From: Mobula hypostoma
Taxonomy: Eukaryota
Direction: 5' to 3'
Length of the DNA: 64,000 nucleotides
Assembly (NCBI RefSeq): GCF_963921235.1
Contig: NC_086097.1
Location: 26,290,001 to 26,354,000 of the forward strand
Part shown: piece by piece, positions 1-13,003 of the stretch
Position numbering within the stretch: the first letter of the stretch is position 1
Layout: the number at the start of each line of letters is the position of its first letter
Position numbers and translations under genes: made by a program
The notes under the pieces: model-generated
What the model saw: the letters and a program-made list of their open reading frames with translations, nothing else
Database searches by the model: none
Told to the model about the DNA's origin: nothing

Positions 1-660
1 TTTGAGTCGGTGGTGAGGAAGGCAAATGCCATGTTAGCATTCATTTCAAGAGGTCTGGAATACAAGAGCATGAATGTGATGCTGAGGCTTTATAAGGCAC
101 TGGTGAGGCTTCACCTTGAGTATTGTGAACAGTTTTGGGCCCCTCATCTTGGAAAAGATGTGCTGGCATTGGAGAGGGTCAGAGGAGGTTCACAAGGATG
201 ATTCCAGGAATGAAAGGGTTATCATACAAGGAACGTTTGATGACTCTGGGTCTGTACTCACTGGAAATCAGAAGGATGCGGGGGGGGGGGATCTCACTGA
301 AACCTTTTGAATGTTGAAAGGCCTAGACAGAATAGATGTGGAAAGGATGTTTCCCACAGTGGGAGAATCTAGGACAAGAGGGCACAGCCTCAGGAAAGAG
401 GGGCGCCCTTTCAAAATGGAGATGCAGAGAAATTTCTTTCGCCAAAGAGTGGTGAATTTGTGGAATTTGTTACCACAGGCAGCTGTGGAGGCCAGATCGT
501 TGGGTGTATTTAGACAGAGATTGATAGGTTCTTGATTGGACACAGCATCAAAGGTTATGGGGAGAAGGCCGGGAACTGGGGTTGAGGAGGAGGAAAGAAA
601 AGGATCAGCCATGATTGAATAGCGGAGAAGACTCAATGGGCTGGATGTCTTATGATCTTA
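1..660 (+). mobile_element. CR1 LINE 3' fragment (ORF2 C-terminus + 3' UTR), frameshifted
   Basis: Consecutive ORFs give KANAMLAFISRGLEYKS...LEYCEQFWAP...RRFTRMIPG...RTRGHSLR...RVVNLWNLLP, the CR1 ORF2 C-terminus. Confidence 0.95.
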
Positions 661-867
661 TTTTGGAGAAAACACTTATTCTATACTGAACATTACTCGT
701 GATTTTTCCAATTCCTATAATACATCACAAAACGGTTAAGTAAGTTAAAACTTGTGTATGAAATCTGCTTGGGTAACGCTGTTAAAGTTCACAGAGAATG
801 TAAACCCATCCCTTGGTGAATGGAATTATACAATGACCTAATGCTAATATCCTTATATTATAATTAT

Positions 868-1010
868 AAGGGCATAATTTTTAAGGTGACTGGTGGAAAG
901 TATGGTGGAGGTGTCAGAGGTAAGTTTTTTAAAGTACAAGTAGTAGTGGGTGCATGGAATGCCCTGCCAAGGATGACGGTAGAGGCAGGTACATTAGGGA
1001 CATTAAGAAA
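868..1010 (+). mobile_element. Short CR1 3' fragment
   Basis: FKVTGGKYGGGVRGKFF..VVGAWNALP..VEAGTLGT. Confidence 0.8.
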
Positions 1011-1894
1011 GTGTGATCTAAATGAGTTTGTCTTTTTTTTACAAAATACTGGCATTAGGTTGAGGGCTGGAATACGAATTCAGGTCATGCATTACTGCAA
1101 ACAGTCTAATCCTGGCAGATCATTGGTTTAAATTAATTCACGTGCATTTCGTGTTTTCCTGATTTTAAAAAAGAATCACACTTCATCAACTACATGATTT
1201 TCATGTTTTGTGAAGGTGCTGAGGACATTCCATCAAAAAAGCAAAAAACAGACAGAATCTTGATTGTCTCAGGATGCAATGTCGCATTTCTATAGTTATA
1301 GAATGCAAAAAAAATCTTTCTTCTCTTTTTCATGACGGATCCACCAAGTGGAACAAAACTGTGAGAAGCTGAACTTGCTCATAAATGCGAAATTTCCTAG
1401 CTATCATGCACTGTACTCTCTCTATAGTCAAAACATCTTACTTTGTTTCTTAAAAAGGATCTGGAATCAATAACTTTTATCCCATGAATCTGGTCATACC
1501 AGATTGGATTAATAATCATTTGCATGTTCAGAACATTCGATTTTGTTGCTGTCATGTTTACCTGCACAACCTACAATGAGAAATTAGAACAATGGTCACA
1601 GCCTTAAACTGCAATTACACCTATTGTGCTTACAGCTTGCTGTGTGTGAAAAACACAGTGGGACTCAAGCAGTGGCTATAATCTTCAGTCTAAGTACAGA
1701 GCAAGAGGGCTCGTTGTGGGAGGAGGAGGAGGAAGAGAAACAAGGTGCATTCAAAGCCACAGTTCGAACAAACATAGGACCTACTGTGGTGTAAATATGT
1801 AATATTCACACATTTTTAGGACTTTTTTGCTGCCACTTGTTCCTTACTTTTAGTAGAGAGTATAAAGAAGAATTATATTGAATGATCGATGCAA

Positions 1895-2525
1895 CATAGT
1901 CATAGAGCACTACAGGTCCATCTCGTATGTGCCGACCTGTTATTCTGCCTTGTCACAACCCATGCACTTAGACCATAGACCCCTACACCCCTCCCGTCCA
2001 TGTACTCATCCAAACTTCAACATTGAAATCGAACCAGCATTTACCATTTCCATTGGCAGCGTGTTCCATATTCTCACCATCCTCGAGGTGAAGTCCCCCC
2101 TTCTACTTCGGTTCTCTGTAAGTACTTCACCTTTCACCCTTAACCTATGATCTCTACTTCCAGTCTCACCCAACCTCGGTGGAAAAAGCCTGCTTGCACT
2201 TACCTTTATCTCAACCGCTCATAACTAGTGTATGCCTCTATCAGATCTCCCTTCATCTTCCTATGCTCCAGAGAATAAAGTTCTAACCTATTCATCCTTT
2301 CCCTATAACTCAGATCCTCAAGTTCCAGCAATATGATTGCAAATTTTCTCTGCACTCTTTCTATCTCACTGATATCTCTCCTGTAGGTAGGCGACCAGAA
2401 CTGCACACAAGACTCCAAATTAGACCGCACCAATGTCTTATACAACTTCCACATAACATCGTATCTCCTCTACTCAATACTTCGATCTATGCCAAAAGCT
2501 CACTTTATGACTTTATCTACTTGTG
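1895..2525 (-). mobile_element. CR1 LINE 3' fragment
   Basis: ORF 2206-2454: LYKTLVRSNLESCVQFWSPTYRRD...GDLIEAY. Confidence 0.9.
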
Positions 2526-3657
2526 TAACAACCCCATCTACGTGTGATAGAACTACCTTCAAATTCACATTTTTACTCCACAGCTCTATATATAAATGAG
2601 GTTTAATTATTGATTTGTAGATCATACTACAATCATCTACTCAAAAAACAGATGAACAGACGTCACTTTAATGAAGACAGATTAAAAAATATGAAAAAAT
2701 ATACACTAGTGAAAATATGTTCCAGCATTTGTATGAAAATTGAATTAGTATAAAAATAATACAAAACAAGGAGGACAACAAAGAGACCAAGGCTACCTCT
2801 GGGAGGCTGCAGATGGCATGTCTGCATTATCACTGACTCCCATTTACAGACTGCTGTTCTGTTTAGAGTCTGCACTATCCTGATAGTGTTTGGATAAAAT
2901 CAGCCTTGCAGTTGAAAGTACAGCTCCCGATTCACATCCCTCTGGAGGCAAAGAGATGCTCCATAGCCTCCTGAAAACAGACACTGGAGGAAAAGTAAAC
3001 TACAGGGCCAGGTCCCAGTAGTGCACTAGATAATCTGCTCTCAGTCTGTTCTTGGACAATGGGACTTGCTTGTGTACACAGAGAAGATAAAGACTTTGGG
3101 ACTGCCCTATCAGCGGACTTGTACACGATCTGCGGGGAGCACTAGCGCACACTGGGACGCAAAGCTTTTTCCAAACTCAAGCGCATTAACAGATCAGTGC
3201 AGATGGCTGCAGTAAGCCGATGGTTGCATAACAATACGTTTGCCGGGATCAGCCTTTTGTTGTTTAACCTTATACTCTCTCAGTTCACTGAGCTCTTTAT
3301 TTTACAAAAAGGGGCCATGTCTCAAAAATTTTTAAAAAAGGAAAAGAAATCCAACCTCCTAAATTGCTTGCTGCTACATCTTTCAGAGGCACCAGAATAG
3401 TTATGTCGTACATGGATACACAAATTGTTTTAAACAGGCCTTCAAAGACATGTACAGGTTCACTGTTGAAGCACACAGCAAAACAGTTGTTACCGAGTTT
3501 TAAAACAAGAAAATAGAACAGCCTCTTCCAAAAATATCCATAATTTATGTGTAAGAAATTAATCTGATTTGTGTTCAGATTAACTTGGTGAGATTAAGCC
3601 ATTAAATGTCTTTTTGATGCAGTTGACATTGAATAACAATACTTACACCTTAGTAAA

Positions 3658-4165
3658 TACAAGATTCTGCAGATGCTGGAAATCAAGAGTACCACACATG
3701 AGCACAATACTTTTTATCTGTTAATATTATTTTATGTGCTGTATGTGACATATGTACTGTGTTCTGCACCTTGGTCCCGAGCAATGCTGTTTCGTTTAGC
3801 TATACACATCTGTATGGTTGAATGACAATAAGCTTGAACTTGAACTTGAAAATGCTGGAGGAACTCAGCAGGTCAGGCAGCATCTATGGAGGGGAATAAA
3901 CAGTTGATGTTTCAGACCACAACCCTTCATTAGGACTGGAAAGGAAGGGGGACGAAACCAGAATGTTGAAATGTTGACTGTTCATCCCTTTGTAACACAC
4001 ACAAAATGCTGGAGGGACTCACCAGTTCAGGCAGCAGCAATGGAGGAGGATCATGAATCGCTATTTTGGGCTGAGTCCTTACATCAGGCTCATGATGAAG
4101 GATCTTGTTGAAAGGTCTTGGCCCGAAACATTGATTATTCACAGCTTTTTGTGTATGTTACTCTG
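3658..4165. mobile_element. Cluster of Penelope-like element terminal remnants in both orientations, with a small Rex-type tail insert
   Basis: Recurring aaaatgctggaggaactcagcaggtcaggcagcatctatgg motif; degenerate hammerhead cores at ~3900-3940 (-) and ~4105-4135 (+). Confidence 0.75.
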
Positions 4166-4314
4166 AAATTCATTTGGGACCTTAAATGTGTGTTTAAACA
4201 GGCAAGTTTACTCAGTGGTACCAAAAATGAACAAGAATTTAAATTAACGATTATTTTCTAACTCAGACTAAATGCTTGCTGATCAGAAAAATTTTTCATG
4301 TAAAATGACACTTA

Positions 4315-4505
4315 GCTTGAGGCCAAGTCATTTGGTGTATTTAAAGTGAAGGTTGATAGGTTGTTGATTTGTAAGGGGGTTAAAGGTCATGTGGAGAAGG
4401 CAGAAGAACAGGGTTGAGAGGGATAATAAATCAGCCATGATGGAATGGCAGAGCAGACTTGATGGGCCGAATGGCCTAGTTAGCCTCCTACGTCTTGTGG
4501 TTTTA
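4315..4505 (+). mobile_element. CR1 3' end
   Basis: Matches 486-660 (ggcca..tcatt.ggtgtattta...tcagccatga). Confidence 0.85.
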
Positions 4506-4564
4506 TTTCCTATTCGATGAATGCTCTGAGTGATGGCAAAGCAATTCCTTTCACTTCTTTCTGT

Positions 4565-5337
4565 TTCAGATATGGCTCTGCTGCTGTTGGAGCCTGTTAT
4601 CTACACTCAGGCAGTGTGACTTCGTGCCAGTTGGGTGATCTGGTGTTTTGCTATCTCCAACAGTGTTCCGTGCGGCTGCAACCAAAGCATGCAGCATGGA
4701 GGCATGGAAGCGTGAGGATGGGGTGTGAGCCCACGACTGACGCTATCTCTCGATGATCTAACCGATTAAAGTGCCGAGGAAGATTGAAATCATCGAGGCG
4801 TGTATGGAAGGCCAGTGAGTGTTCAGCAATGTCTACCAGCCCCTCGCTTGCTGCTGCCAGAGAAGGTGTCTGCGTGTGACAGTCTCTCACTCTCCCTTAC
4901 TGGTTGATTCCAAGGGAAGGTCCTTGTGTGTGAGTGATCTCTCCCTCCATGCTGTCGGTGGATGGGGCCAGAGCAAGGTTAATCAATGCAGATTGTAGAT
5001 TTGGACTCCAATTCAGGTTTATGATGTGCTCCAGTTTCTAGATCTGGTTTTGGTTGCTCTTTTCTTTTGTTAATACTTTTGGGCAATTTTTGATTTGGAT
5101 GCCTTGCAAATAACGAATACTGAACTGAACTGAAATATGCCTTTCGGTTTTGTGTTTTCTCTCGTTTTTTTTGGTCGCGGTTTGTGCGTGGGGGGAGGGG
5201 GGTTTGATGTATGATGTTCTTCTTTGAACTGCTTGGGTTTCATAGCTTTCTTTGTTTCATGACTGTCTGTGGGGAAGATGAATTTCAGGGCTGAATACTG
5301 CATACACACTTTAATAATAAATACACTTTGAACCTTG
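4565..5337 (+). mobile_element. Non-coding retroposon with a Rex/Babar-type 3' tail
   Basis: No credible ORF; ends gaatttcagggctg...aataaatacactttgaacc, similar to the 3' tails of the Rex-type fragments in this window. Confidence 0.55.
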
Positions 5338-5614
5338 GTACAGGGGGAGTTTGAACTGTGTAGTTTTCAGCAAAATGGTTAGGAAGCAGAATTTGTCACA
5401 CTGAAAAAATTCACTTCTCATTTTGAATTGAATCATCCATCCTGGTGTAATGCTTTGATATTATGTCACTGACAATTAAACAGAAAAACACACAGAAACC
5501 AGAGAAAGAAAACTTGTGAAACCTCAAGGTTTCTCTGCTTTACAGAAATGCAAAGCTAAAAGCTATACCCATCACCATCACACACGGGAGCTAAAGTTTA
5601 TTTTTTACTTATAC

Positions 5615-5830
5615 ACTCGAGATTCAAGCTTATTTGTCATGTGTACATCGATCAAACCATACAGTGAAATGCCTCGTTTGCATTACAACCGAATCCGGTG
5701 TGCTGGGGAAGCCCACCAGGGCTGCCACACATTTCGGTGCCAACAAAGCATGCCCACAATCAACAACGGCAAAACAGCCCCGTTCCTCCCTGCCACCCAC
5801 TCAAAGAATCCGAAATAGCCCAATGTTTAG
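5615..5830 (-). mobile_element. Retroposon 3' tail shared with the V-SINEs
   Basis: Reverse complement of the gcatgctatgttggc.ccgg...catttcactgtatg...acatgtgacaaataa tail. Confidence 0.7.
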
Positions 5831-6842
5831 CGCCCACCTCTCTTTGTTTCCAAAATACCAGGCATTTCAACGGCAGTCACATTCCTGTCTTACATACAAC
5901 TCAAGGATGTCAGATTTCTTTTCCTGAAGGATAGAAGTGAGTCAGGTTGGTTTTATCAACACTCCAGCCATTTTGTCATTATTATTTGATTTATCTTATT
6001 TAAGTACTTGCTGAGAACTGTATAGCAACTGAGGAAAGACAAGAACAAGAAGTTCCCTAATGAATAAAATTTCATACACAAAGACTGTAAGCCTGTAGAG
6101 CTTTGCAATGTCGAGTTCACAGAGTCATATAGCACGAAACAGGTCCTTTGGCCCAACTGGTCCATGCCAATATACACGCCACATTCAAGCTAGACCCACT
6201 GACCAGATTTCAGCCCATAACCTTCAAAACCTCTCCAATACATGTACCTAGTCCACTGTTGTTATTGTACCTGCCTCAATAATCTCTCGCCTTCAGAGGA
6301 AAACAGCAGAACCAAACTCTCACTATTTCCCTCGCAGGAGGCGCACATTTGTCGGATGTGTACTTACCTAAAAGTAGCTGTCAGCCTTATTCAGTTTGCT
6401 TATCATTTGATATCAAAATGAGCATCCCAAAATATTTGTACTACTTACTTAATTTTATGTTTGTTATTGTAACTGATAGCAATTTTTATGTACTGTACAG
6501 CACTGCTGCTGCAAAACAACACATTTCATGACATACATCAGTGATATAAAGTCTGATTCTGGATTCTGGTTCAGTTCTTTCCTGACATTTTTAAATGGTC
6601 TCATAACATTCCGACACAGGTAGATCAGCCAAGAAAACAAAGTTTTTCCTGCAAAGTTATCACCTGCATAAAGCGCTACACTGAAGCCAGGCCTCATACT
6701 TCCATCCTCCCAGCAGGTTACCACAGAATCCAACCCATAACAAACCTTGTGCAAACTAATGCCCTTTCACAATTTTAGCCAAGTGGATTGCTGAAGCAGA
6801 GTTACTTTCCAAAGTTCAAAGTAAGTTTATTATCAAAGTACA

Positions 6843-7385
6843 TACACTCGGTGCCAATGACCACTGTATCAGGCACACATGCTCATTAATGCAAATATCT
6901 AATCAGTCAATCATATGGCGGCAACTTAATACATAAAAGCACACAGACATGGTCAAGAGGTTCAGTTGTTGTTTAGCCCAAACAGCAGACTGGGTAAGAA
7001 ATGTGATCTATTCATTTTGACCGTGAAATGATTGTTGGTGCCAGACGGAATGGTTTGAGTATCTCAGAAATTGCTGATCTCCTGGGATTTTCATGCTCAA
7101 AAGTCTCTAGAGTTGACAGAGAATGGTGAGAAAAACAAAAATCATCCAGTGAGCAGCAGTTCTGTGGGTAATAATGCCTTGTTAATGAGAGCAGTCAAAG
7201 GAGAATGGCTAGATTGGTTCAAGCTGACAGGAAGGTGACAGTAATTCAAATATCCATTTTGAGCTGAATAGCAACAGAGGTGTGAAGAGAATCTCTGGAT
7301 GCGCAACATATCAAACCTTGAAGGTGATGGGCTACAGCCGTAGAAGACTACACCAGGTTTCACCTGAACCTAATAGTCTCTGAAC
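6843..7385 (+). mobile_element. Non-autonomous Tc1-derived element (transposase N-terminal remnant)
   Basis: Homologous to 49228-49758; degenerate tacactc.gtg terminus. Confidence 0.8.
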
Positions 7386-8127
7386 ATATATGTTAATGTA
7401 AAGAGTTCTACAAAATAGGTATGTTCAGCTGATGATTAACTTTCTCAACAGGATCTTAGCACATTATCAATGATGATGTGACTTTGCATAATTATACTGC
7501 TATAGTACATATGTAGCTGTGGTCCACAGTGCATTGCTTTCCTTAGCTGCCAGTTTCTATTTAGTACCAATCCCTGTTTAAGCACAGATTGCAACTGGTG
7601 TATGTTCCTGTGGTTCTAATCTTCAGTCCCATCGTCACTGCTGAGGGAGAGATGGGAATTTAGTTTAAATCACTGCATTTTTAATCTAGCCTTCAGACAA
7701 AAGATTTTATCTTAAAAGGTCAAACCTGTACAGTACAGTACAGTCTTTCCTGAGGCTAACTTAGTTTTGTAACTGGTGAGGAATTTATCATGAAGAACTC
7801 ATGAGGAATTTAGTCATCATCCACCTTTATTTTCCTTTTGCAGCAAAAACATTGGAACTGTCATCTTTGACATCAAATACAAAATAAAGAGAAATTCCAT
7901 ATAGATTCTGACTTTTATCTGTACTAAACTAACTCTGAACGTTTATAGTCCGAGAACCATGTCAAAGTGAAAAATAGTAGTTAGGAATAGAAAGGGAAAC
8001 AGTTTGAGAGGGCTAAACTCAAAATGACTAGGGAAGGGAATATCTGCAATTTGATTAGGTTCTTGCTCCAACCTGTATAAAATTCCTCTTGCCTTTCATT
8101 ATTTTAGTACTATCTCAGAGCATCCTC

Positions 8128-8538
8128 AGACCATAAGACATAGGAGGAGAATAAAGCCATTGGGCCCATCGAGTCTGCTCTGCCATTCCATCATGGCTGA
8201 TTTATTTTCCCTCTCAAGCCCATTCTCCTGCCTTCTCCTCTTAACTTTTGACACTCTTACTAATTAAGAACCTATCAAACCCTGCTTTAAATATACTGTA
8301 TCCAGTGCCTTGACCTCCACAGCTGTCTGTGGCAATAAATTCCAGAGATTCACCACCCTCTTGCTGAAGAAATTCCTCCTCACCCCTGTTCTAAAGGAAT
8401 GTCCTTGTATTCTGAGGCTGTGCTCTAGGAAACATCCTCTCCACGTCCACCCCAACCAGACTTCTCAAATTTGATAGGTTTCAATGAGATCCCCCCCTAT
8501 TCTTCTAAACTCCAGTGAGAGTACACACCCAGAGCCAT
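8128..8538 (-). mobile_element. CR1 3' fragment
   Basis: HSLRIQGHSFRTGVRRNFFSKRVVNLWNLLPQ. Confidence 0.9.
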
Positions 8539-9086
8539 CACTGAAATCACTACTGTTCTCCAGTATTCTTAAAATGACTGCCAACTTTTGAAAAATTATA
8601 AAGCTGAGGTCTGTGATAAGAACTTCACGAGTACTGATTTCAAATTCACTCTGAAACTTGGATCTCAATCTTGATCCCAGGGCTAAACATTGCACTAAAC
8701 CCTAAACATTCAAAAATTGTAGTCAATGTGGTGGACAGCACAGTCTAACCCCCACAATAGCTGCAATGTTTATCTGACTTTTTGCCTTTATGATAAAACT
8801 TATATAATCACAAGCAGCTCATAAAATATTCTTGACAATGTTCTATTCCCACTTCTTGCTGAAATAGTCTTTTGTATATACTCTTCTTTAAAATAACTAA
8901 TCTATTGGCCGTTAATGATACTCTATGATGAATGCCATTGTATTATTTGTCTCTAAGGGCCACTAGAGCTGAGACTAATCCAGTTTAATGACCACTTCTA
9001 TGCCGTCCCACAGTAATGCACATTAGACAATGATCAGAAGGCAACTGAGTTTTGTTCAAGTACAGCACAGGAACAGGCCCTTTGTG

Positions 9087-9392
9087 GGGCAGCATGGTAG
9101 CGTAGCAGTTAGTATACCACTTTACAGCACTGGTGATAGGGTTCAATTCCCGCCGCTTCCAGTAGTTTGAACCTTCTCCCCATCACCACGTGGGTTTCCT
9201 TGCATACTCCCGTTTCCTCCCATATTTCAAACCATACAGGTCAGAGTTAGTAAGCTATTTTGGCGTCAGAAGCATGGCGACATTTGCGGGCTGCTCCCAA
9301 CATATCCTCAGGCTGTGTTGGTTGTTGACATAAATGATACATTTCACTCTATGTTTCCATATATATGTGACAAACAAAGCTTACCTTTAATC
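9087..9392 (+). mobile_element. tRNA-headed V-type SINE
   Basis: A-box-like tggtagcgtagcag, B-box gggttcaattcc, V-domain gggtttcct...gtttcctccca, then the shared tail. Confidence 0.85.
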
Positions 9393-9394
9393 TT

Positions 9395-9845
9395 TGCCCA
9401 CAAAGTATAATATCAAACTTAATCCTATCTTCTTGTACGTGATCCATATCCCTCCCCTTACTGCCTGCTCATGTGTTTGTTCACCTTACCTACCCTATCT
9501 AGCTCTCTCATAATTTTATATACTTCTATCAGCTCTCCCCTCAACCTCTGATGTTCCAAAGAAAACTATCCAAGCTTGTTCAACCTCTCCTTATAATGAA
9601 TACTCTGTAATCCAGGCAGCCTCTTCCTCACCCTCTCCAAAGTCTCCACATCCTTCTGGTAATGCGGTGGCTAGATCTGCACACAAAACTCTCGAGAATG
9701 GGCCAAACAAAGATCTGCAGCATGACTTTTCTACTATGAAACTCAACAGCCCTTCTGACAAAAGCAAGCATGCAGTAGGCTTTCTTTACCACCATATCCA
9801 TTTTAGGGAGCAACGGACTTTCACCCTAAGATACTTCAGTATCAA
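9395..9845 (-). mobile_element. Old CR1 3' fragment
   Basis: VVKKAYCMLAFVRRAVEFHSRKVMLQ. Confidence 0.8.
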
Positions 9846-10544
9846 TGCAATTTCTTCATTCTTGGGCCACTGAGCTTACTCACACCCTACCATCCGTCTT
9901 GCTGTCTCTCACAGCAGGTCCATTTAAGACTAGTCAGCAGTGACACTTGCCACTTTCCTGATATAGATGGCTCAGTCCCTCACAGCGTTAACTTCATTAG
10001 GAGATGAATATCTTCATAAATTTCTGTCCATATTCGTGTTTAGATGCTTCCATCATTTCAGTTAGATTTTTAATTCTGAGCAACATGCACAAAATGCTGG
10101 AGGAACTCAGCAGGTCAGGCAGCATCTATTGAAGAATTAAATACTACTTATATCTCATGTTACACCTTCGGGGCATTTGTCACTACATCATGAAGTAGCT
10201 AACAAGCATATATGAAATGACAGAATCTTTTCCACCTCAACAATTCATTGCATTTTCTAGCGCCTATTGACTCAGATTGCAACATTGTGGTAGCAAAACA
10301 GTATTAGCATAAAGCTATTACAGCGACAGCGATCCGTGTTCAATTCCGCAGCTGTAGGGGAGTATACAGGGTTTCCTCCAAGTGCTCCGGTTTCCTCCCA
10401 CATTCCAAAGGGACTCGTTGGGCTAAAAGGGTTTACTACTGTCAAAAAAAAAAGAAACACAGAGATACAGCAATGAAACAGACCCTTCCGTCCACTGAGT
10501 ACACACCAACCATCAATCACCATTTACGCTAATCCAATATTCAT

Positions 10545-11528
10545 GCGCCGGTCGTGCATGCAGCCTGTTACATCCGTTCCAGACCAGTATTCTTACTTTT
10601 TTCTTCTTACTTTTAACTTACGTTATGTTTTGTTTTTTTTTGCATGGTAACACGTCGAAGCTGCACCCTCTCTAACATGCTGGTACAGAGAGTTTTATTT
10701 GGGTTTTTAGCGCTGGAAATAGTTGCATTCCGACACGTCTCATTAGCGGGACAGAAGCATGGTCGCATTGTGTATTCCAGGGACCAGATGACTGAGCTTA
10801 TGCAGGCAGGTTTAGCGAGCAGAGCGGTGGACGCCCCTGCTGAAATCCGGAGGAGAACACACAGAGGATGCAGAGGGGGATCACAAAGTCGAGGAAAGAG
10901 GACCGGGTCGAGACAACAGAGACTTATGGAGAAGAGGAGTTCGGTGGGTAATAAAATGGACGAATTCATGGTGCTAGCCAGGCATCAGAGAACATTTCGG
11001 GAGTGCAGTGTTATGTGTTTCACTGGAACGGAGCTGCACGAGGACATACCCGATCAAAACTTCTCCATGGACGGCTTCCAGACCGTTCGGGCTGACCAGA
11101 AGTGCACTAAGAGCGGTAAGCGCAAAGGAGTTGGGAGCTTACTGTTCTGGTTAACAACAGGTGGTGCAATCCGGATCATACCATATTACGATCGAGGAAC
11201 GTGTTTGTAGACCGGATATTGAACTTTTTGCTGTTGGACTTCGGCCATATTCCACCGAGATACAACACTGGGCGGCACGGGAGGTCGTTCCTGCCTATGG
11301 CCATTGAACTTGCAGCTCCTCCCATGGAGGGTCAGACACCCTGAGCCAATAGGCTGGTCCTGGACTTATTTTCCATTTGGCATAGCTTGCATTTTGTTGT
11401 TTGATTGTTAGTCGTTTTTGTATTGCTATATTTATGCTCTATTCTTGGTTGGTACGGCTGTAATGAAACCCAATCTCCCTCAGGATCAATAAAGTATATC
11501 TATCTGTCTATCTATCTATCTATCTATC
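10545..11528 (+). mobile_element. Internally deleted Rex1/Babar-type LINE (5' end and endonuclease start fused to 3' end), inserted into a SINE
   Basis: ORF 10644-11210 has APE N-terminal motifs GNKMDE...RECSVMCFT..LHEDIPD...DGFQTVRAD...SGKRKG; after GLRPY it jumps at ~11250 to the C-terminal PRYNTGRHGRSFLPMAIEL; AATAAA and (TATC)n tail; candidate TCAT TSD. Confidence 0.85.
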
Positions 11529-11721
11529 TCATTTTTTCCATTGTTTTTCCAAATTTCTCATCCATTACTCCCAGATTCTGCCATTCATCGGCACACTAGG
11601 GCAATGTACAGTAGCCAATTAATCTACTAACCCTCACATCAAACATGGAAGAGTACAGCACAGAAACAGGGCCATCGGCCCACAATGTTATGCTGAGCTA
11701 AGTAAATTAGAAATCAAATGA

Positions 11722-13003
11722 CCATAAGATAGAGGAGCAGAATTAGGCCATTCTATCCATTGAGTCTGATCCACCATTCCATCATGGCTTATCTATTATC
11801 CCTCTCCACCTCTTTCTCGTGCCTTCTCCCCATAACCTTTGATGTCCTTACTAATCAAAAACCTATCAACCTCTGCTTTAAATACACCAGTGACTTGGCC
11901 TCTATTGCTGCCTGTAGCGATGAATTCCACAGATTCACCACCCTCTGGCTAAAGCAATTCCTCATTGTATCTGTTCTACTTGGACATCCCTTTATTCTGA
12001 TGCTGTAGGAAACATCCTCTTCACATCCACTACTTCAATATTTGATGGGTTTCAATATGATCTCCCCTCGTTCTTCCAAACTCCAGTGAGTAAGGCCCAG
12101 AGCCATTAACTGCTTCTCACACATTAACCCTTTCATCCCTGGAATCATTTTAGTGAACTGGTTTTCTTCAGAAAAAACTGCTCACAATATTCCAACTGCG
12201 GTCTGACCAATCGCTTGTAAAGCCTCAGCATTACTCCTTTGCTTTTAAATTCTAGCCCTCAACTGACTCAACCTGCAAGTTAACCTTTAGAGAATCCTGC
12301 ATGAAGACACCCAAGTCTTTTCATCTGATTTTTGAATTTTCTCTGTTTAGAGAATAGTCTATGCCTTTACTCTTTTTACTAAAGTGCATGACCATACACC
12401 TCCCTGTACAAAATTCAGTCTGTTACTTCTTTGTCCAATCCCCAAACCCAAGTCCTTCTGTAGACTCCCTGCTTCCTCAACACTACCTGCTGCCCTTCCA
12501 CCTATCTTCGTATCATCCGCAAACCTGGCCACAAAGCATTCAATTCTGTCATCTAAATCACTGACATGGAACATGAAAAGAAGTGGTTTCAACACTGACC
12601 CCTGGGGAACACCACTAGTCACTGGCAGCCAACCAGAAAAAGCCCCCTTTATTCCCACTCTTTGCCTCCTGCCAATAAGCCATTCTTCAATCCATGCTAG
12701 TATCTTTCCTGTAATAACGTGGGCTGTTATTTTGTTAAGCAGTCTCATTTGCGGCAATGTGTCAAAGGCCTTCTGAAAATCCAAGTAAACAACAACTACT
12801 GACTCTCCTTTGTCTATCCTGCCTGTTATTTCCTCAAAGAATTCCAATAGATTTGTCAGCTAAGTACTCCAAAACCCCATCCTTAATAAAAGACCACAGC
12901 ATCTTCCCATCCACTTTAAGTCAAGCTAACTAGACAATAATTTCCTTTCTTCTGTCTTTCCTTTCTTCTTAAAGAGTGGAGTGACATTTCCAATTTTGCA
13001 ATT
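11722..13003 (-). mobile_element. CR1 LINE fragment including the RT domain, nested in another CR1
   Basis: ORF 12359-12847: VYLDFQKAFD...SGVPQGSVL.P.LF...FADDTK. Confidence 0.95.

Noticed and set aside
2663..2875. Hydrophobic 70-aa ORF
   Set aside because: GTG start, T-rich compositional bias, and no recognisable family.
9087..9160. tRNA gene
   Set aside because: It is a degenerate SINE head followed by the V-domain, with no full cloverleaf.
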